From Oscillospiraceae bacterium (GTDB lineage: Bacteria; Bacillota; Clostridia; Oscillospirales; CAG-272): a DNA stretch of 64,000 nt. The position numbers and the translations under genes are program-made. The notes beneath the pieces are model-generated. The model searched no databases and was not told the DNA's origin. It worked only from the letters and a program-made list of their open reading frames with translations. This document shows positions 27,607-36,975 of this stretch, piece after piece. The DNA lies in the NCBI GenBank assembly GCA_015064685.1, contig SVRT01000004.1, forward strand, positions 55,883 to 119,882. Reading direction: 5' to 3'. Position 1 is the stretch's first letter. Each line of letters begins with the position of its first letter.

Positions 27607-27858
27607 AATTGCGGTTTATCGTGGAGGCGAACAATCCCTCAGACGCGCACGGAGGCGCGCCAGCTCCCTTTACACAAGGGAGCTTTGTTGGTGGACGTTT
27701 GTGCGCTTTGTAGCCGTGAAACCCTTTACGGATAAAGTGAAACTCACTGCAGCCTCGTTCTCAACCTTTTAGGTGAAGCTCCCTTGTGTAAAGGGAGCTG
27801 TCGAGCGAATGCGAGACTGAGGGATTGTTCGAACTCACCGATAAATCAAAATTTGAAA
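27607..27858 (+). repeat. type I nested palindromic element, copy 10 (Ib)
   Basis: AATTGCGGTTTATCGTGGAGGCGAACAATCCCTCAG, module GACGCGCACGGAGGCGCGCC, centre TTGTTGGTGGACG..., right module GTCGAGCGAATGCGAGAC, then ...CCGATAAATCAAAATTTGAAA. Confidence 0.9.
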
Positions 27859-27890
27859 AAGGGGCTGACGGTGTCAGCCCCTTTGGGTTT
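27856..27890 (-). terminator. intrinsic terminator of metG
   Basis: GGGGCTGAC-GGT-GTCAGCCCC with a T-run on the minus strand. It is a near-copy of the terminator at 23093-23125. Confidence 0.8.
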
Positions 27891-27895
27891 AATAA

Positions 27896-29878
27896 TTATC
27901 TTACTCTTTCACCGAGAGGTGTATCCTCTGCGAGGAATACGACGCGTACGGTCTCCTCGCCCGATGCGAGGATCATTCCGTTCGACTCGATTCCGCAGAG
28001 CGTTGCGGGCTTAAGGTTAGCCACGACGATGATCTTCTTTCCGATGAGATCCTCGGGCTGATACCACTTTGCGATACCGGAAACTACCTGTCTTTCCTCG
28101 TATCCGAGGTCGATCTTGAGCTTGAGGAGCTTCTTTGCCTTCGGCACCTTCTCGCACTCGATTATCTTCGCGGTACGAAGCTCAACGCCCATAAAGTCCT
28201 CGATGCCTATAAGCGCGCATCCCTCGGGCTTTTCAGGCTTCTCCTCTGCCTTTGCCGCAGCCTCAGCCGCCGCCTTCTTCGCCGCCATCTCTGCTTCAAG
28301 CTCAGAGAGCATCTTTGCCTCGTCGATACGCGCGAACATAACGCGAGAATCGCCTACGACACTTCCTGCCTCGATCTTACCGAAGCACTTTACGCATCCG
28401 ACCGTCGTGTAGTCGGTCTTATCAGTACCGATGGTTGCGAGTATCTCCTCTGCCGTTGCGGGAATGAAGGGCTTGAGCAGCACAGCACCCCAACGGATCG
28501 CCTCAAGGAGGTTATAGAGGACGGTGCCGAGTCTCTCTCTCTGCGCTTCGTCCTTCGCGAGCGTCCAGGGAGTAGTCTCGTCTATATACTTATTCGCTCT
28601 TGAGAGCATCTCGAATACACACTCGAGCGCGTCGGCGATTCTGAACGCATCCATATTCTTGACAACGCCATCGTAAGCCTTTGCGCAAGCCGCCTTAAGC
28701 TCCTCGTCGAGAGCTTCGGGAGCTGTGGGCGCCTGAACGACCTTATCAAAATACTTCTTCTGCATATCAAGCGTACGCTTAACGAGGTTTCCGAGGTTAT
28801 TTACAAGGTCGGTGTTATATCTCTTGATAACCGTCTCGTATGTGATGCTACCGTCGGATGCGAAGGGCATCTCGGAGAGCGCGTAGTATCTTACGCCGTC
28901 GATTCCGAAGCGGTCCGCTAGCTCGTCGGCATAGATCACGTTGCCGCGCGACTTGGACATCTTATCCGCGCCGAAGTTAAACCAGGGATGACCGAATATC
29001 TGCTTAGGAAGCGGAATATCGAGAGCCATCAAGAAGATAGGCCAATAGATAGTGTGGAAGCGGAGGATGTCCTTACCGATAACGTGGACGTCCGCAGGCC
29101 AATATTTCTTGAACTTCTCGCTCTGCTCCTCAAACGACTTATCGGGGTCGTAACCGATAGCCGTGATGTAGTTGGTGAGCGCGTCGAGCCATACGTAGGT
29201 TACGTGACGGGGATCGAAGTCAACGGGGATACCCCACGAGAAGGAGGTACGCGAAACACAGAGGTCCTGGAGTCCGCCCTCGACCTTGAGGAAGTTGTTG
29301 ACCATCTCCTTCTTTCTCGACTCGGGCTGAATGAACTCGGGATTTGCTTCGATGTGAGCCATAAGTCTGTCGGCGTACTTGCTCATCTTGAAGAAGTAAG
29401 CCTCCTCCTCAGCCTTCGCGACGGGTCTGCCGCAGTCGGGACACTTGCCGCCCTCTGCCTGAGTCTCTGTGAAGAAGGACTCGCAGGGGGTACAGTACCA
29501 GCCCTCGTACTTTCCTTTATATATATCGCCCTGCTCGTAGAATTTCTTGAATATCTTCTGAACTACCGCCTCGTGATAATCGTCGGTCGTGCGGATAAAG
29601 TGATCGTAATTTACGTTCATCTTGTCCCAAAGCTCACGGATCTCGCCCGCTACGCCGTCAACGTATGCCTTAGGCGTGATACCTGCCGCCTTTGCAAGCT
29701 CCTCGATCTTCTGTCCGTGCTCGTCGGTACCCGTACACATAAATACGTCGTATCCCATCTCTCTCTTATAGCGAGCCATAGCGTCTGTTGCTATTGCCTC
29801 GTAGGTGTTTCCGAAGTGGGGCTTTTTCGACGCGTACGCGATAGCCGTTGTGATGTAATACTTCTGTTTGTCTGCCAT
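27896..29878 (-). CDS. metG: methionine--tRNA ligase with C-terminal tRNA-binding (Trbp111/EMAP-like) domain
   Basis: YITTAIAYASKKPHFGNTYE (HIGH-type motif), KMSKSRGN, a CxxC zinc knuckle (CTPC...CPDC) and a C-terminal GIEDFMGVELRTAKI OB-fold. Confidence 0.95.
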   Translation of the reverse strand: MADKQKYYITTAIAYASKKPHFGNTYEAIATDAMARYKREMGYDVFMCTGTDEHGQKIEELAKAAGITPKAYVDGVAGEIRELWDKMNVNYDHFIRTTDDYHEAVVQKIFKKFYEQGDIYKGKYEGWYCTPCESFFTETQAEGGKCPDCGRPVAKAEEEAYFFKMSKYADRLMAHIEANPEFIQPESRKKEMVNNFLKVEGGLQDLCVSRTSFSWGIPVDFDPRHVTYVWLDALTNYITAIGYDPDKSFEEQSEKFKKYWPADVHVIGKDILRFHTIYWPIFLMALDIPLPKQIFGHPWFNFGADKMSKSRGNVIYADELADRFGIDGVRYYALSEMPFASDGSITYETVIKRYNTDLVNNLGNLVKRTLDMQKKYFDKVVQAPTAPEALDEELKAACAKAYDGVVKNMDAFRIADALECVFEMLSRANKYIDETTPWTLAKDEAQRERLGTVLYNLLEAIRWGAVLLKPFIPATAEEILATIGTDKTDYTTVGCVKCFGKIEAGSVVGDSRVMFARIDEAKMLSELEAEMAAKKAAAEAAAKAEEKPEKPEGCALIGIEDFMGVELRTAKIIECEKVPKAKKLLKLKIDLGYEERQVVSGIAKWYQPEDLIGKKIIVVANLKPATLCGIESNGMILASGEETVRVVFLAEDTPLGERVR

Positions 29879-29920
29879 TTTTCTTTACCTTACACTCTGC
29901 GAATGGGCAGAGTGCCTTTC

Positions 29921-31066
29921 TTATATTTTCTTGCCTTGGAAGATGACTTCCTTGACATTATATTCTTCATCAAGTATGAGCATATTCGCTCTCTTGCCCG
30001 TATCGATCGAGCCGAGAGTGCCGTACGCTCCGATCATTTTTGCCGGGGATGCCGTCGCGCAATAGAGCGCCTCGGAAAAGGGTATCTCCGCAAAAGCCGA
30101 AAGATTCTTCACTCCGTCAATAAGACCTAACGTGCTACCCGCGATCGCGCCCTCGTGCGTTCTTGCGCGTCCGTCCCTGACCGTGACGGGGAGACCCGCA
30201 ATGAAGTATTCTCCGTCGGGCATTCCCGTTGCCTCCATCGAGTCTGTGATGAGGACAATTTTTTCCTTTTTTAATTTATATGCCATTCTGACCGCCTCGG
30301 GAGAGACGTGAAATCCGTCGCATATCAGCTCGCAGAAAACTCCGTCGGTGAGAAGCCCCGCGCCGACCGATCCGCCGTCTCTGTGGTGGAAGGGCGACAT
30401 AGCGTTATAGGTGTGAGTGAGGGATATAGCTCCGCGCTCAAAGGCTCTCTGCCCCTCGGCAAAGGTCGCGTCGGAATGTGCAAGACCGAGCGTAGCTCCA
30501 CCCTCAAGTGCTGCGGTGGTAAAGTCTCCGCTCTCGTCAAGCTCGAGCGCCGCGCTGACGTGCGCGAAACCCGTTTTCTTCATCTCCTTTACAAGAGCCG
30601 AGATCTCGCTCGCATCGGGCTTTGCTAGAAGGCTTGCCGCGTGCGCGCCCCTTCTCTTTTCATTGAGATATCTACCCTCAAGGTGTACTCCGATAAACGC
30701 GCTCTCGCCGCTCTTCAGCTCTGCCACTCTTTCTATCGAGGTATACAGATCATCAAGCGTCGCAGACGCTAACGTTGCCATAACAGAGGTGACTCCGCTA
30801 TTTACGTAAGACTCCGACATCCTTTTTAGCACTTCAACGTCAGCGGTGTTGAAGTCTCCGCCCGCGCGACCGTGGGTGTGAACGTCGATGAGTCCGGGAA
30901 TCAGATAATTGCCATCAAGGTCAATGATGTTCTCAAATTCGCCCGAAGGAGTTGCGTCTGTGAAATATACGCCGTCAATAATACCGTCCGCTACCGTGAC
31001 CGCGCCCGACATAAAGCATTTCTGCTCACTTACGTATATTTTGCCGTTTTTATAAAGTACACTCAT
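29921..31066 (-). CDS. nagA: N-acetylglucosamine-6-phosphate deacetylase
   Basis: IDVHTHGRAGGDF metal-binding motif, AHSDAT and TDSME motifs. ATG at 31066 with a GGAGGTG RBS; the track start is a TTG five codons upstream. Confidence 0.85.
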   Translation of the reverse strand: MSVLYKNGKIYVSEQKCFMSGAVTVADGIIDGVYFTDATPSGEFENIIDLDGNYLIPGLIDVHTHGRAGGDFNTADVEVLKRMSESYVNSGVTSVMATLASATLDDLYTSIERVAELKSGESAFIGVHLEGRYLNEKRRGAHAASLLAKPDASEISALVKEMKKTGFAHVSAALELDESGDFTTAALEGGATLGLAHSDATFAEGQRAFERGAISLTHTYNAMSPFHHRDGGSVGAGLLTDGVFCELICDGFHVSPEAVRMAYKLKKEKIVLITDSMEATGMPDGEYFIAGLPVTVRDGRARTHEGAIAGSTLGLIDGVKNLSAFAEIPFSEALYCATASPAKMIGAYGTLGSIDTGKRANMLILDEEYNVKEVIFQGKKI

Positions 31067-31160
31067 CTCTCTCACCTCCAAAATAGCACATATATATGTA
31101 TTATATCAAATAATTGGTAATTTTACAAGAGATTTATAAAATATTGTTCCATAATTCGAT

Positions 31161-31412
31161 AAATTGGGGTTTATGGGAGAGGCGAACAATCCCTCAGACG
31201 CGCACGGAGGCGCGCCAGCTCCCTTTACACAAGGGAGCTTTACCTGAATGGTGGAGAACGCGGATATAGTGAAGTTTTCTTTAAATTTAAAAGGTTTTCA
31301 CATCTATAAAGCGTACGAACATCCACCAACAAGCTCCCTTGTGTAAAGGGAGCTGTCGAGCGAATGCGAGACTGAGGGATTGTTCGAACTCACTGACAAA
31401 TCAAAATTTGAA
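31161..31412 (+). repeat. type I nested palindromic element, copy 11 (Ia centre with a different module pair)
   Basis: AAATTGGGGTTTATGGGAGAGGCGAACAATCCCTCAG, module GACGCGCACGGAGGCGCGCC, centre TTACCTGAATGG..., right module GTCGAGCGAATGCGAGAC, then ...TGACAAATCAAAATTTGAA. Confidence 0.9.
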
Positions 31413-31626
31413 GCTATTCTGACGTAAAATCACCTTTTTTATGTTATTTGTAAATAAAAGTATTACCTTGTAAAAATAGGATATATTGGATATTTTTAGG
31501 CGGTGTTTGTTAATTAAATGTCACAGATTCTTGACATTTTTTTGTCAGTGGCAATTTTTTATAAAATGCCCCAAAATTCGACGCTCCGATTTAGTGCAAT
31601 TTTCACATAGGGGTTTTAAAAAACTA

Positions 31627-31655
31627 TTGCAATTCAAAGAAAAATCTGCTATAAT
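31627..31655 (+). promoter_or_regulatory. sigma-A type promoter, candidate BMC operon promoter
   Basis: TTGCAA (31627-31632), 17 nt, TATAAT (31650-31655), about 120 nt upstream of ackA. Confidence 0.6.
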
Positions 31656-31774
31656 AATGGTGTAAAAGTCTGCCCTGAGGAAAACCGTCAGGATTTTTCG
31701 TCTCGCGTAGATATAATTTAGTTTAATAATTTTATTTATTTTGCCCAAAATACGGCAACAGAAAGGAAGACACC

Positions 31775-32968
31775 ATGAAAATTCTTGTCATCAATGCAGG
31801 AAGCAGCTCGCTCAAGTATCAGCTTTTTGATATGTCCACGGGCGCTGTTCTTGCAAAGGGCTTGTGCGAGAAGATCGGTCTTACCGGTGCTATCACCCAC
31901 AAGCGTCCCGGTAAGGAAAACTACGAAGAGGACTACCCTATGCCCACTCACAACGAGGCGATCGCTCTCGTGCTCAAGCTTCTCACAGATCCTGAGCTCG
32001 GCGTTATCGCGGACGTTGACGAGATCAGCGCGGTAGGTCACCGCTTCGCTCACGGCGGCAAGCTCACAAAGTCCTGCTTCCTCGGCGAAGAAGAGATCAA
32101 GTACATCGAATCCATCATCCCGATCAACCCCCTCCACGGTCCTCCCGCACTCAAGGGTGTTGCGGCTTGTAAGGCAGTTCTCCCGAACAAGCCTCACGTA
32201 GGTGTATTCGACACCTCCTTCTACTCCGGCTTTGACAAGAAGTCCTACGTATATCCCCTCCCCTACGAGTGGTACGAGAAGTACGGTGTTCGCCGCTACG
32301 GCTTCCACGGTACGTCCCACCGCTTTGTATCCGCTAAGGCTTGCGAGTTCCTTGGAATGGACTACGCTACAAGCAAGATCATATCCTGCCACATCGGCTC
32401 CGGCTCCTCTATCACCGCTATCGACTGCGGCAAGGCTGTTGACACCTCCATGGGCTTTACTCCCCAGGAAGGTCTTCCTATGGGTACACGCTGCGGTACT
32501 ATCGACCCCTCTATCGTATCCTACGTTTGCGAGCAGAGCGGCATGAGCGTTGCTGAGGTAAACGACGCACTCAATAAGAAGTCCGGCCTTCTCGGTGTTT
32601 CGGGCGTTTCCAACGACGCACGTTACGTATGGGATGCGGCTGACCAGGGCAACGAGCGCGCACAGCTTGCTATGGACCTTCTCGTTCACAATGCAAAGAA
32701 GATCATCGGATCGTACGTTGCAGAGATGAACGGCATTGATATCCTTATCTTCACCGCAGGTCTCGGCGAGAACGACAGACGCGCGCGTCAGCTCATCGGC
32801 GACAATATGGAATACCTCGGAATCAAGATGGACAAGGACGCTAACATGAACGGTCCCAGAGGCGAGAACATCGTTATAAGCGCTCCCGACTCCAAGGTCA
32901 AGGTTGTCGTTATCCCCACCGACGAGGAGTACATGATCGCTTCCGACACGTACGATCTCGTTAAATAA
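31775..32968 (+). CDS. ackA: acetate/propionate kinase
   Basis: MKILVINAGSSSLKYQLF, GHRFAHGG, FDTSF and GFHGTSH motifs. 397 aa. Confidence 0.95.
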   Translation: MKILVINAGSSSLKYQLFDMSTGAVLAKGLCEKIGLTGAITHKRPGKENYEEDYPMPTHNEAIALVLKLLTDPELGVIADVDEISAVGHRFAHGGKLTKSCFLGEEEIKYIESIIPINPLHGPPALKGVAACKAVLPNKPHVGVFDTSFYSGFDKKSYVYPLPYEWYEKYGVRRYGFHGTSHRFVSAKACEFLGMDYATSKIISCHIGSGSSITAIDCGKAVDTSMGFTPQEGLPMGTRCGTIDPSIVSYVCEQSGMSVAEVNDALNKKSGLLGVSGVSNDARYVWDAADQGNERAQLAMDLLVHNAKKIIGSYVAEMNGIDILIFTAGLGENDRRARQLIGDNMEYLGIKMDKDANMNGPRGENIVISAPDSKVKVVVIPTDEEYMIASDTYDLVK

Positions 32969-33014
32969 TCACGAAAATAAAAAATTTATATAATATTTGA
33001 AAGGAAACACGAAA

Positions 33015-33827
33015 ATGGCACAGTCATCCTTTGAAATCAAAAAAGAAATCTGCGACATTGGTAAAAGAATTTATGACCACGGCTTCGTAGCTGCTAACGA
33101 CGGTAACATCTCCGTTAAGGTTGGCCCCAACGAGTTCTACTGCACTCCTACCGGCGTATCCAAGGGCTATATGACCCCCGATATGATCATCAAGGTAGAC
33201 GGCAAGGGCAACAAGATCGACGGTAAGCTCAACCCCTCCTCCGAGATCAAGATGCACATGAGAGTTTATCAGGAGCGTCCCGACGTTAACGCTGTCGTTC
33301 ACGCTCATCCCCCCGTTGCTACCGCTTTCACGGTTGCAGGCGTAGAGCTTGACCAGTACATCCTTCCCGAGGCTATTCTTACTATCGGTAACGTTCCTAC
33401 CTGCGATTACGGTATGCCCTCCACCATGGAGATCCCGGATTCGCTTATGCCCTACATCCAGAAGCACGATGCGTTCCTTCTTAAGAACCACGGCGCTCTT
33501 ACAGTAGGTAACACACTTCTCCGCGCTTGCTTCACAATGGAAGAGGTAGAGTTCAACGCAAAGATCAACCTCTACGCTCGCCAGATCGGTGTTGGTAAGA
33601 ACGCTAACATCGAGGAGATCTCCTGCCACGAGCTTGAGAGACTTATGGAGCTTCGTAAGAAGATGGGTCTCCCCGGAAAGCACCCCGGATGCAAGTCCTG
33701 CCCCAACAAGGGTACCCCTAACTGCAAATGTGCTGACGGTAAGTGCAGCTGCGGCGATCACGGTTCTTCCGACGATGCAGTAGTAGCAGAGATCACACGC
33801 AAGGTTCTCGCCGCTCTCGGAAGATAA
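33015..33827 (+). CDS. class II aldolase (fuculose/rhamnulose-phosphate aldolase family) with Cys-rich linker and C-terminal encapsulation-peptide-like helix
   Basis: GFVAANDGNISVK, AVVHAHPP and HGALTVG are class II aldolase motifs. The tail is HPGCKSCPNKGTPNCKCADGKCSCGDHG followed by the amphipathic DAVVAEITRKVLAALGR. ATG at 33015 (GAAAGGAAAC RBS). Confidence 0.85.
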   Translation: MAQSSFEIKKEICDIGKRIYDHGFVAANDGNISVKVGPNEFYCTPTGVSKGYMTPDMIIKVDGKGNKIDGKLNPSSEIKMHMRVYQERPDVNAVVHAHPPVATAFTVAGVELDQYILPEAILTIGNVPTCDYGMPSTMEIPDSLMPYIQKHDAFLLKNHGALTVGNTLLRACFTMEEVEFNAKINLYARQIGVGKNANIEEISCHELERLMELRKKMGLPGKHPGCKSCPNKGTPNCKCADGKCSCGDHGSSDDAVVAEITRKVLAALGR

Positions 33828-33865
33828 TTCGATAGCATCGAATTTCTGAGAAAGGAGAACCCAAA

Positions 33866-35326
33866 ATGGCATTAAATCTTACAGAATCTCAGATAAACGC
33901 AATCGTTGCAAACGTCATTTCTGAGATGAAGAAGCCTGCCGCACCCGCGCAGGAAAGGAAGGCTTGGGACTCCACACAGTACAACGGACGTAAGCTCATC
34001 GGAGTTTACGAGACTATGGAAGAGGCGATAGAGGTCGCAAACGCGGGCTACACCGCTGTTCGCGCGATGTCGGTCGCTCAGAGAGAGAAGATAATCACCG
34101 CTATCCGCGATCTCACAAGAGCCGAGGCGCAGACAATGGCTGCTCTCGGAGTTGCTGAGACCAAGATGGGTCGAGTTGATCACAAGTACGCAAAGCACGT
34201 GCTCGTTGCGGACAAGACCCCCGGAACCGAGGACATTATCGAGGAGGCTAAGACGGGCGACAGCGGTCTTACCCTCACCGAGATGGCTCCCTTCGGTGTG
34301 GTCGGTGCTATCACTCCCTCAACCAACCCTTCTGAAACAGTTATTTGTAACAGTATAGGCATGATCGCCGCAGGTAACGGCGTTGTATTCAACCCCCACC
34401 CCGGTGCGATCGCAACCTCCAACTACGCAGTTGACCTCGTCAACCGCGCGGTATACAGTGCCGGAGGTCCCCGCGTGCTTGTTGCGAGCGTGGTAAAGCC
34501 CACCCTCGACACGGCAAGCGTTATGTATAAGCATCCCTCAATAAAGCTTCTCGTTTGTACGGGAGGCCCCGGAGTCGTTAAGGCTGTTCTCTCCTCCGGA
34601 AAGAAGGCTATCGGCGCGGGCGCGGGCAATCCCCCCGTTATCGTCGACGACACCGCTGATATCGATAAGGCTGCAAAGGACATCATCGATGGATGCACCT
34701 TCGATAACAACCTCCCCTGCATCGCAGAAAAGGAAGTTTTCGTATTTGACAACGTCGCTGACAGACTTATCGCAGGTATGCAGAAAAACGGATGCATAAA
34801 GCTCACACGCCAGCAGGCAGACGAGCTTGCAAAGGTCGTTCTCGTTGAAAAGACCGACAAGAACGGCAAGGTAAAGAAGATAGTCAACCGCGATTGCGTC
34901 GGACGCGATTGCAGGGTCATCCTTGAAAAGATCGGAATCAAGGTAGGCAGCGACATCCGTTGCGCTATCGCAGAGGTTCCCTTCGAGCATGATTTTATCC
35001 AGGAAGAGCTTATGATGCCCATCCTCGGTATAGTCAGAGTCAAGGATATTAACGAGGCTATCACACTTGCGGTAAAGGCGGAGCACGGTAACCGCCACAC
35101 CGCTCATATGCACTCCAAGAACATCGACAACCTCACCGCGTTCGCACGCGCCGTTGAGACCACGATCTTCGTCAAGAACGCTCCCTCCTATGCGGGAATC
35201 GGATTTGGCGGCGAGGGTCACACGACCTTTACCATCGCAGGTCCTACGGGTGAGGGTATCACAAGCGCAAGAAGCTTTACAAGAAAGCGTCGCTGCGTTA
35301 TGGTCGACAGCTTCAGAATAATCTAA
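33866..35326 (+). CDS. CoA-acylating aldehyde dehydrogenase (PduP/EutE-like) with N-terminal encapsulation peptide
   Basis: N-terminus LTESQINAIVANVISEMKK (amphipathic EP). Catalytic Cys context FDNNLPCIAEKE. PFGVVGAITPSTNP. Confidence 0.9.
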   Translation: MALNLTESQINAIVANVISEMKKPAAPAQERKAWDSTQYNGRKLIGVYETMEEAIEVANAGYTAVRAMSVAQREKIITAIRDLTRAEAQTMAALGVAETKMGRVDHKYAKHVLVADKTPGTEDIIEEAKTGDSGLTLTEMAPFGVVGAITPSTNPSETVICNSIGMIAAGNGVVFNPHPGAIATSNYAVDLVNRAVYSAGGPRVLVASVVKPTLDTASVMYKHPSIKLLVCTGGPGVVKAVLSSGKKAIGAGAGNPPVIVDDTADIDKAAKDIIDGCTFDNNLPCIAEKEVFVFDNVADRLIAGMQKNGCIKLTRQQADELAKVVLVEKTDKNGKVKKIVNRDCVGRDCRVILEKIGIKVGSDIRCAIAEVPFEHDFIQEELMMPILGIVRVKDINEAITLAVKAEHGNRHTAHMHSKNIDNLTAFARAVETTIFVKNAPSYAGIGFGGEGHTTFTIAGPTGEGITSARSFTRKRRCVMVDSFRII

Positions 35327-35343
35327 GAAAGGAAGACAGAAGA

Positions 35344-36567
35344 ATGGATATTACAGCTTCCCAGATCGAAAGCATCGTTCGCTCCGTGATAAGCTCGATG
35401 GGCGGAACTGCTCCTCGCGCGCATGGTCCCATCCCCACAACTGCTCACGTTGCGATGCTTACCGATACAAAGAAGATAGAAGTTAAAGAGCTTCCCATTC
35501 CCCCTCTCGGTGACGATGATATTCTCATCAAGGTCGAGGGCGCGGGTATCTGCGGAACCGACGTTCACGAGTGGAAGTCCGATCCCTTCGGTCTCATCCC
35601 CGTAGTTCTCGGTCACGAGGGCACGGGTGAGGTCGTTGCAGTCGGAAAGAACGTCAAGGTCGACACCGCAGGAAAGCCCTTAAAGGTAGGCGACAAGATC
35701 GTTACCTCGGTTATCAGCTGCGGCGAATGCTACGCTTGCCGTATGGTTCCCGGCAGAACGAATCTCTGTGACAACCAGGGAGTTTTCGGACTCATCGGCG
35801 ACAAGAGAGGCGAGGCTGAGGGCAACAGAGTCAACGGTTGGTTTGCTGATTATATGGTGATCAAGGGCGGACTCGGAGCTACATATTTCCAGGTCAACGA
35901 GCTTGATCTTAAGCAGAGAATGATCCTCGAGCTTGCGTGCGTTTGCGTTCACGCGCTTGAGAGAGGTCAGAAAACAGGACTTCTCAACTTCGGCTCCAAG
36001 GTTCTCGTTCAGGGCTGCGGACCTGTTGGTCTCGTTATGATCACGGTTCTCCGCGCGGCAGGTATCAACCACATCATCGCAGTTGACGGAAACGAGGACA
36101 GACTCAAGGTTGCACAGAAGATGGGCGCAAAGACGACTATCTGCTTCCGCAGACCCGACGAGGATACTCTTGACAAGAGAGTTGCAAAGGTCAAGGCGGT
36201 CGCTAACGGCGTCGGCGTTGATTTCGCATATCAGTGCACGGGCGCTCCCGTAGCGGCAGCTGACATTTACAGCTACATCCGTCGCGGCGGCGGCATGTGC
36301 GAGATGGGCTTCTTCGTTAACAACGGCGAGTATCAGGTCAACCCCCACTTCGCTATGTGCAACAAGGAGATCGACATCGTAGGCTCTTGGGACTACTCCG
36401 CTGAGGACTACCCCAAGACCGTGGCATTCCTAAAGCAGTGCCGCGAGATGAACATCCCGATCGAGGATCTCATCACTCACTCCTTCCCTCTCGACAAGAT
36501 GAACGAGGCTATGGAGACAAACGTTGCTCAGGCAGGTATCAAGATCTGCTACATCAACGAGAACTGA
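35344..36567 (+). CDS. zinc-dependent (MDR family) alcohol dehydrogenase with N-terminal encapsulation-peptide-like extension
   Basis: N-terminus DITASQIESIVRSVISSMGG. Zn ligands in GICGTDVHEW and GHEGTGEV. Structural Zn motif CGECYACRMVPGRTNLC. Rossmann motif VQGCGPVG. Confidence 0.85.
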   Translation: MDITASQIESIVRSVISSMGGTAPRAHGPIPTTAHVAMLTDTKKIEVKELPIPPLGDDDILIKVEGAGICGTDVHEWKSDPFGLIPVVLGHEGTGEVVAVGKNVKVDTAGKPLKVGDKIVTSVISCGECYACRMVPGRTNLCDNQGVFGLIGDKRGEAEGNRVNGWFADYMVIKGGLGATYFQVNELDLKQRMILELACVCVHALERGQKTGLLNFGSKVLVQGCGPVGLVMITVLRAAGINHIIAVDGNEDRLKVAQKMGAKTTICFRRPDEDTLDKRVAKVKAVANGVGVDFAYQCTGAPVAAADIYSYIRRGGGMCEMGFFVNNGEYQVNPHFAMCNKEIDIVGSWDYSAEDYPKTVAFLKQCREMNIPIEDLITHSFPLDKMNEAMETNVAQAGIKICYINEN

Positions 36568-36586
36568 CATATCGGGGTGACCGAAT

Positions 36587-36919
36587 ATGGCAGCACTCGG
36601 TATGATAGAGGTCTACGGCTACACGACCTCGATAATAGTTGCGGACACCGTGGCAAAGACGGCGGACGTAAAAGTCGTAGCCATTGACAAGAACAAGCCC
36701 GCAAATGCGGATGCTTGTCCCGTACCGCTGGTTATGGTAGTCAAGTTTATGGGTAACGCAGGCGCGGTCCAGTCGGCTCTCGACGCGGGAGTAGCTGAGG
36801 CGGAGCGTCGCGGACTCTACATCACCTCGAAGATGATCGCGGGTCTTGACGATCAGGTACAGTGGTTCGCAGATCTTACCGCAACGGGTAAGGATAAATT
36901 CAGAAACCTCGACAAATAA
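36587..36919 (+). CDS. BMC domain shell protein (divergent BMC-H)
   Basis: ALGMIEVYGYTTSIIVADTVAKTADVKVV is the BMC (Pfam00936-type) signature, with an internal insertion. Confidence 0.8.
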   Translation: MAALGMIEVYGYTTSIIVADTVAKTADVKVVAIDKNKPANADACPVPLVMVVKFMGNAGAVQSALDAGVAEAERRGLYITSKMIAGLDDQVQWFADLTATGKDKFRNLDK

Positions 36920-36975
36920 GTCGGGAGAAATAAACAAGTTTAAAAAATATTAGAAATAAAAAGGAGAAAACAATC

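Noticed and set aside
29879-29920. T-box or other leader upstream of metG
   Set aside because: Only 42 nt separate the nagA stop from the metG start. They contain one simple hairpin (CACTCTGC...GCAGAGTG) with no U-tract, which is too short for a T-box.
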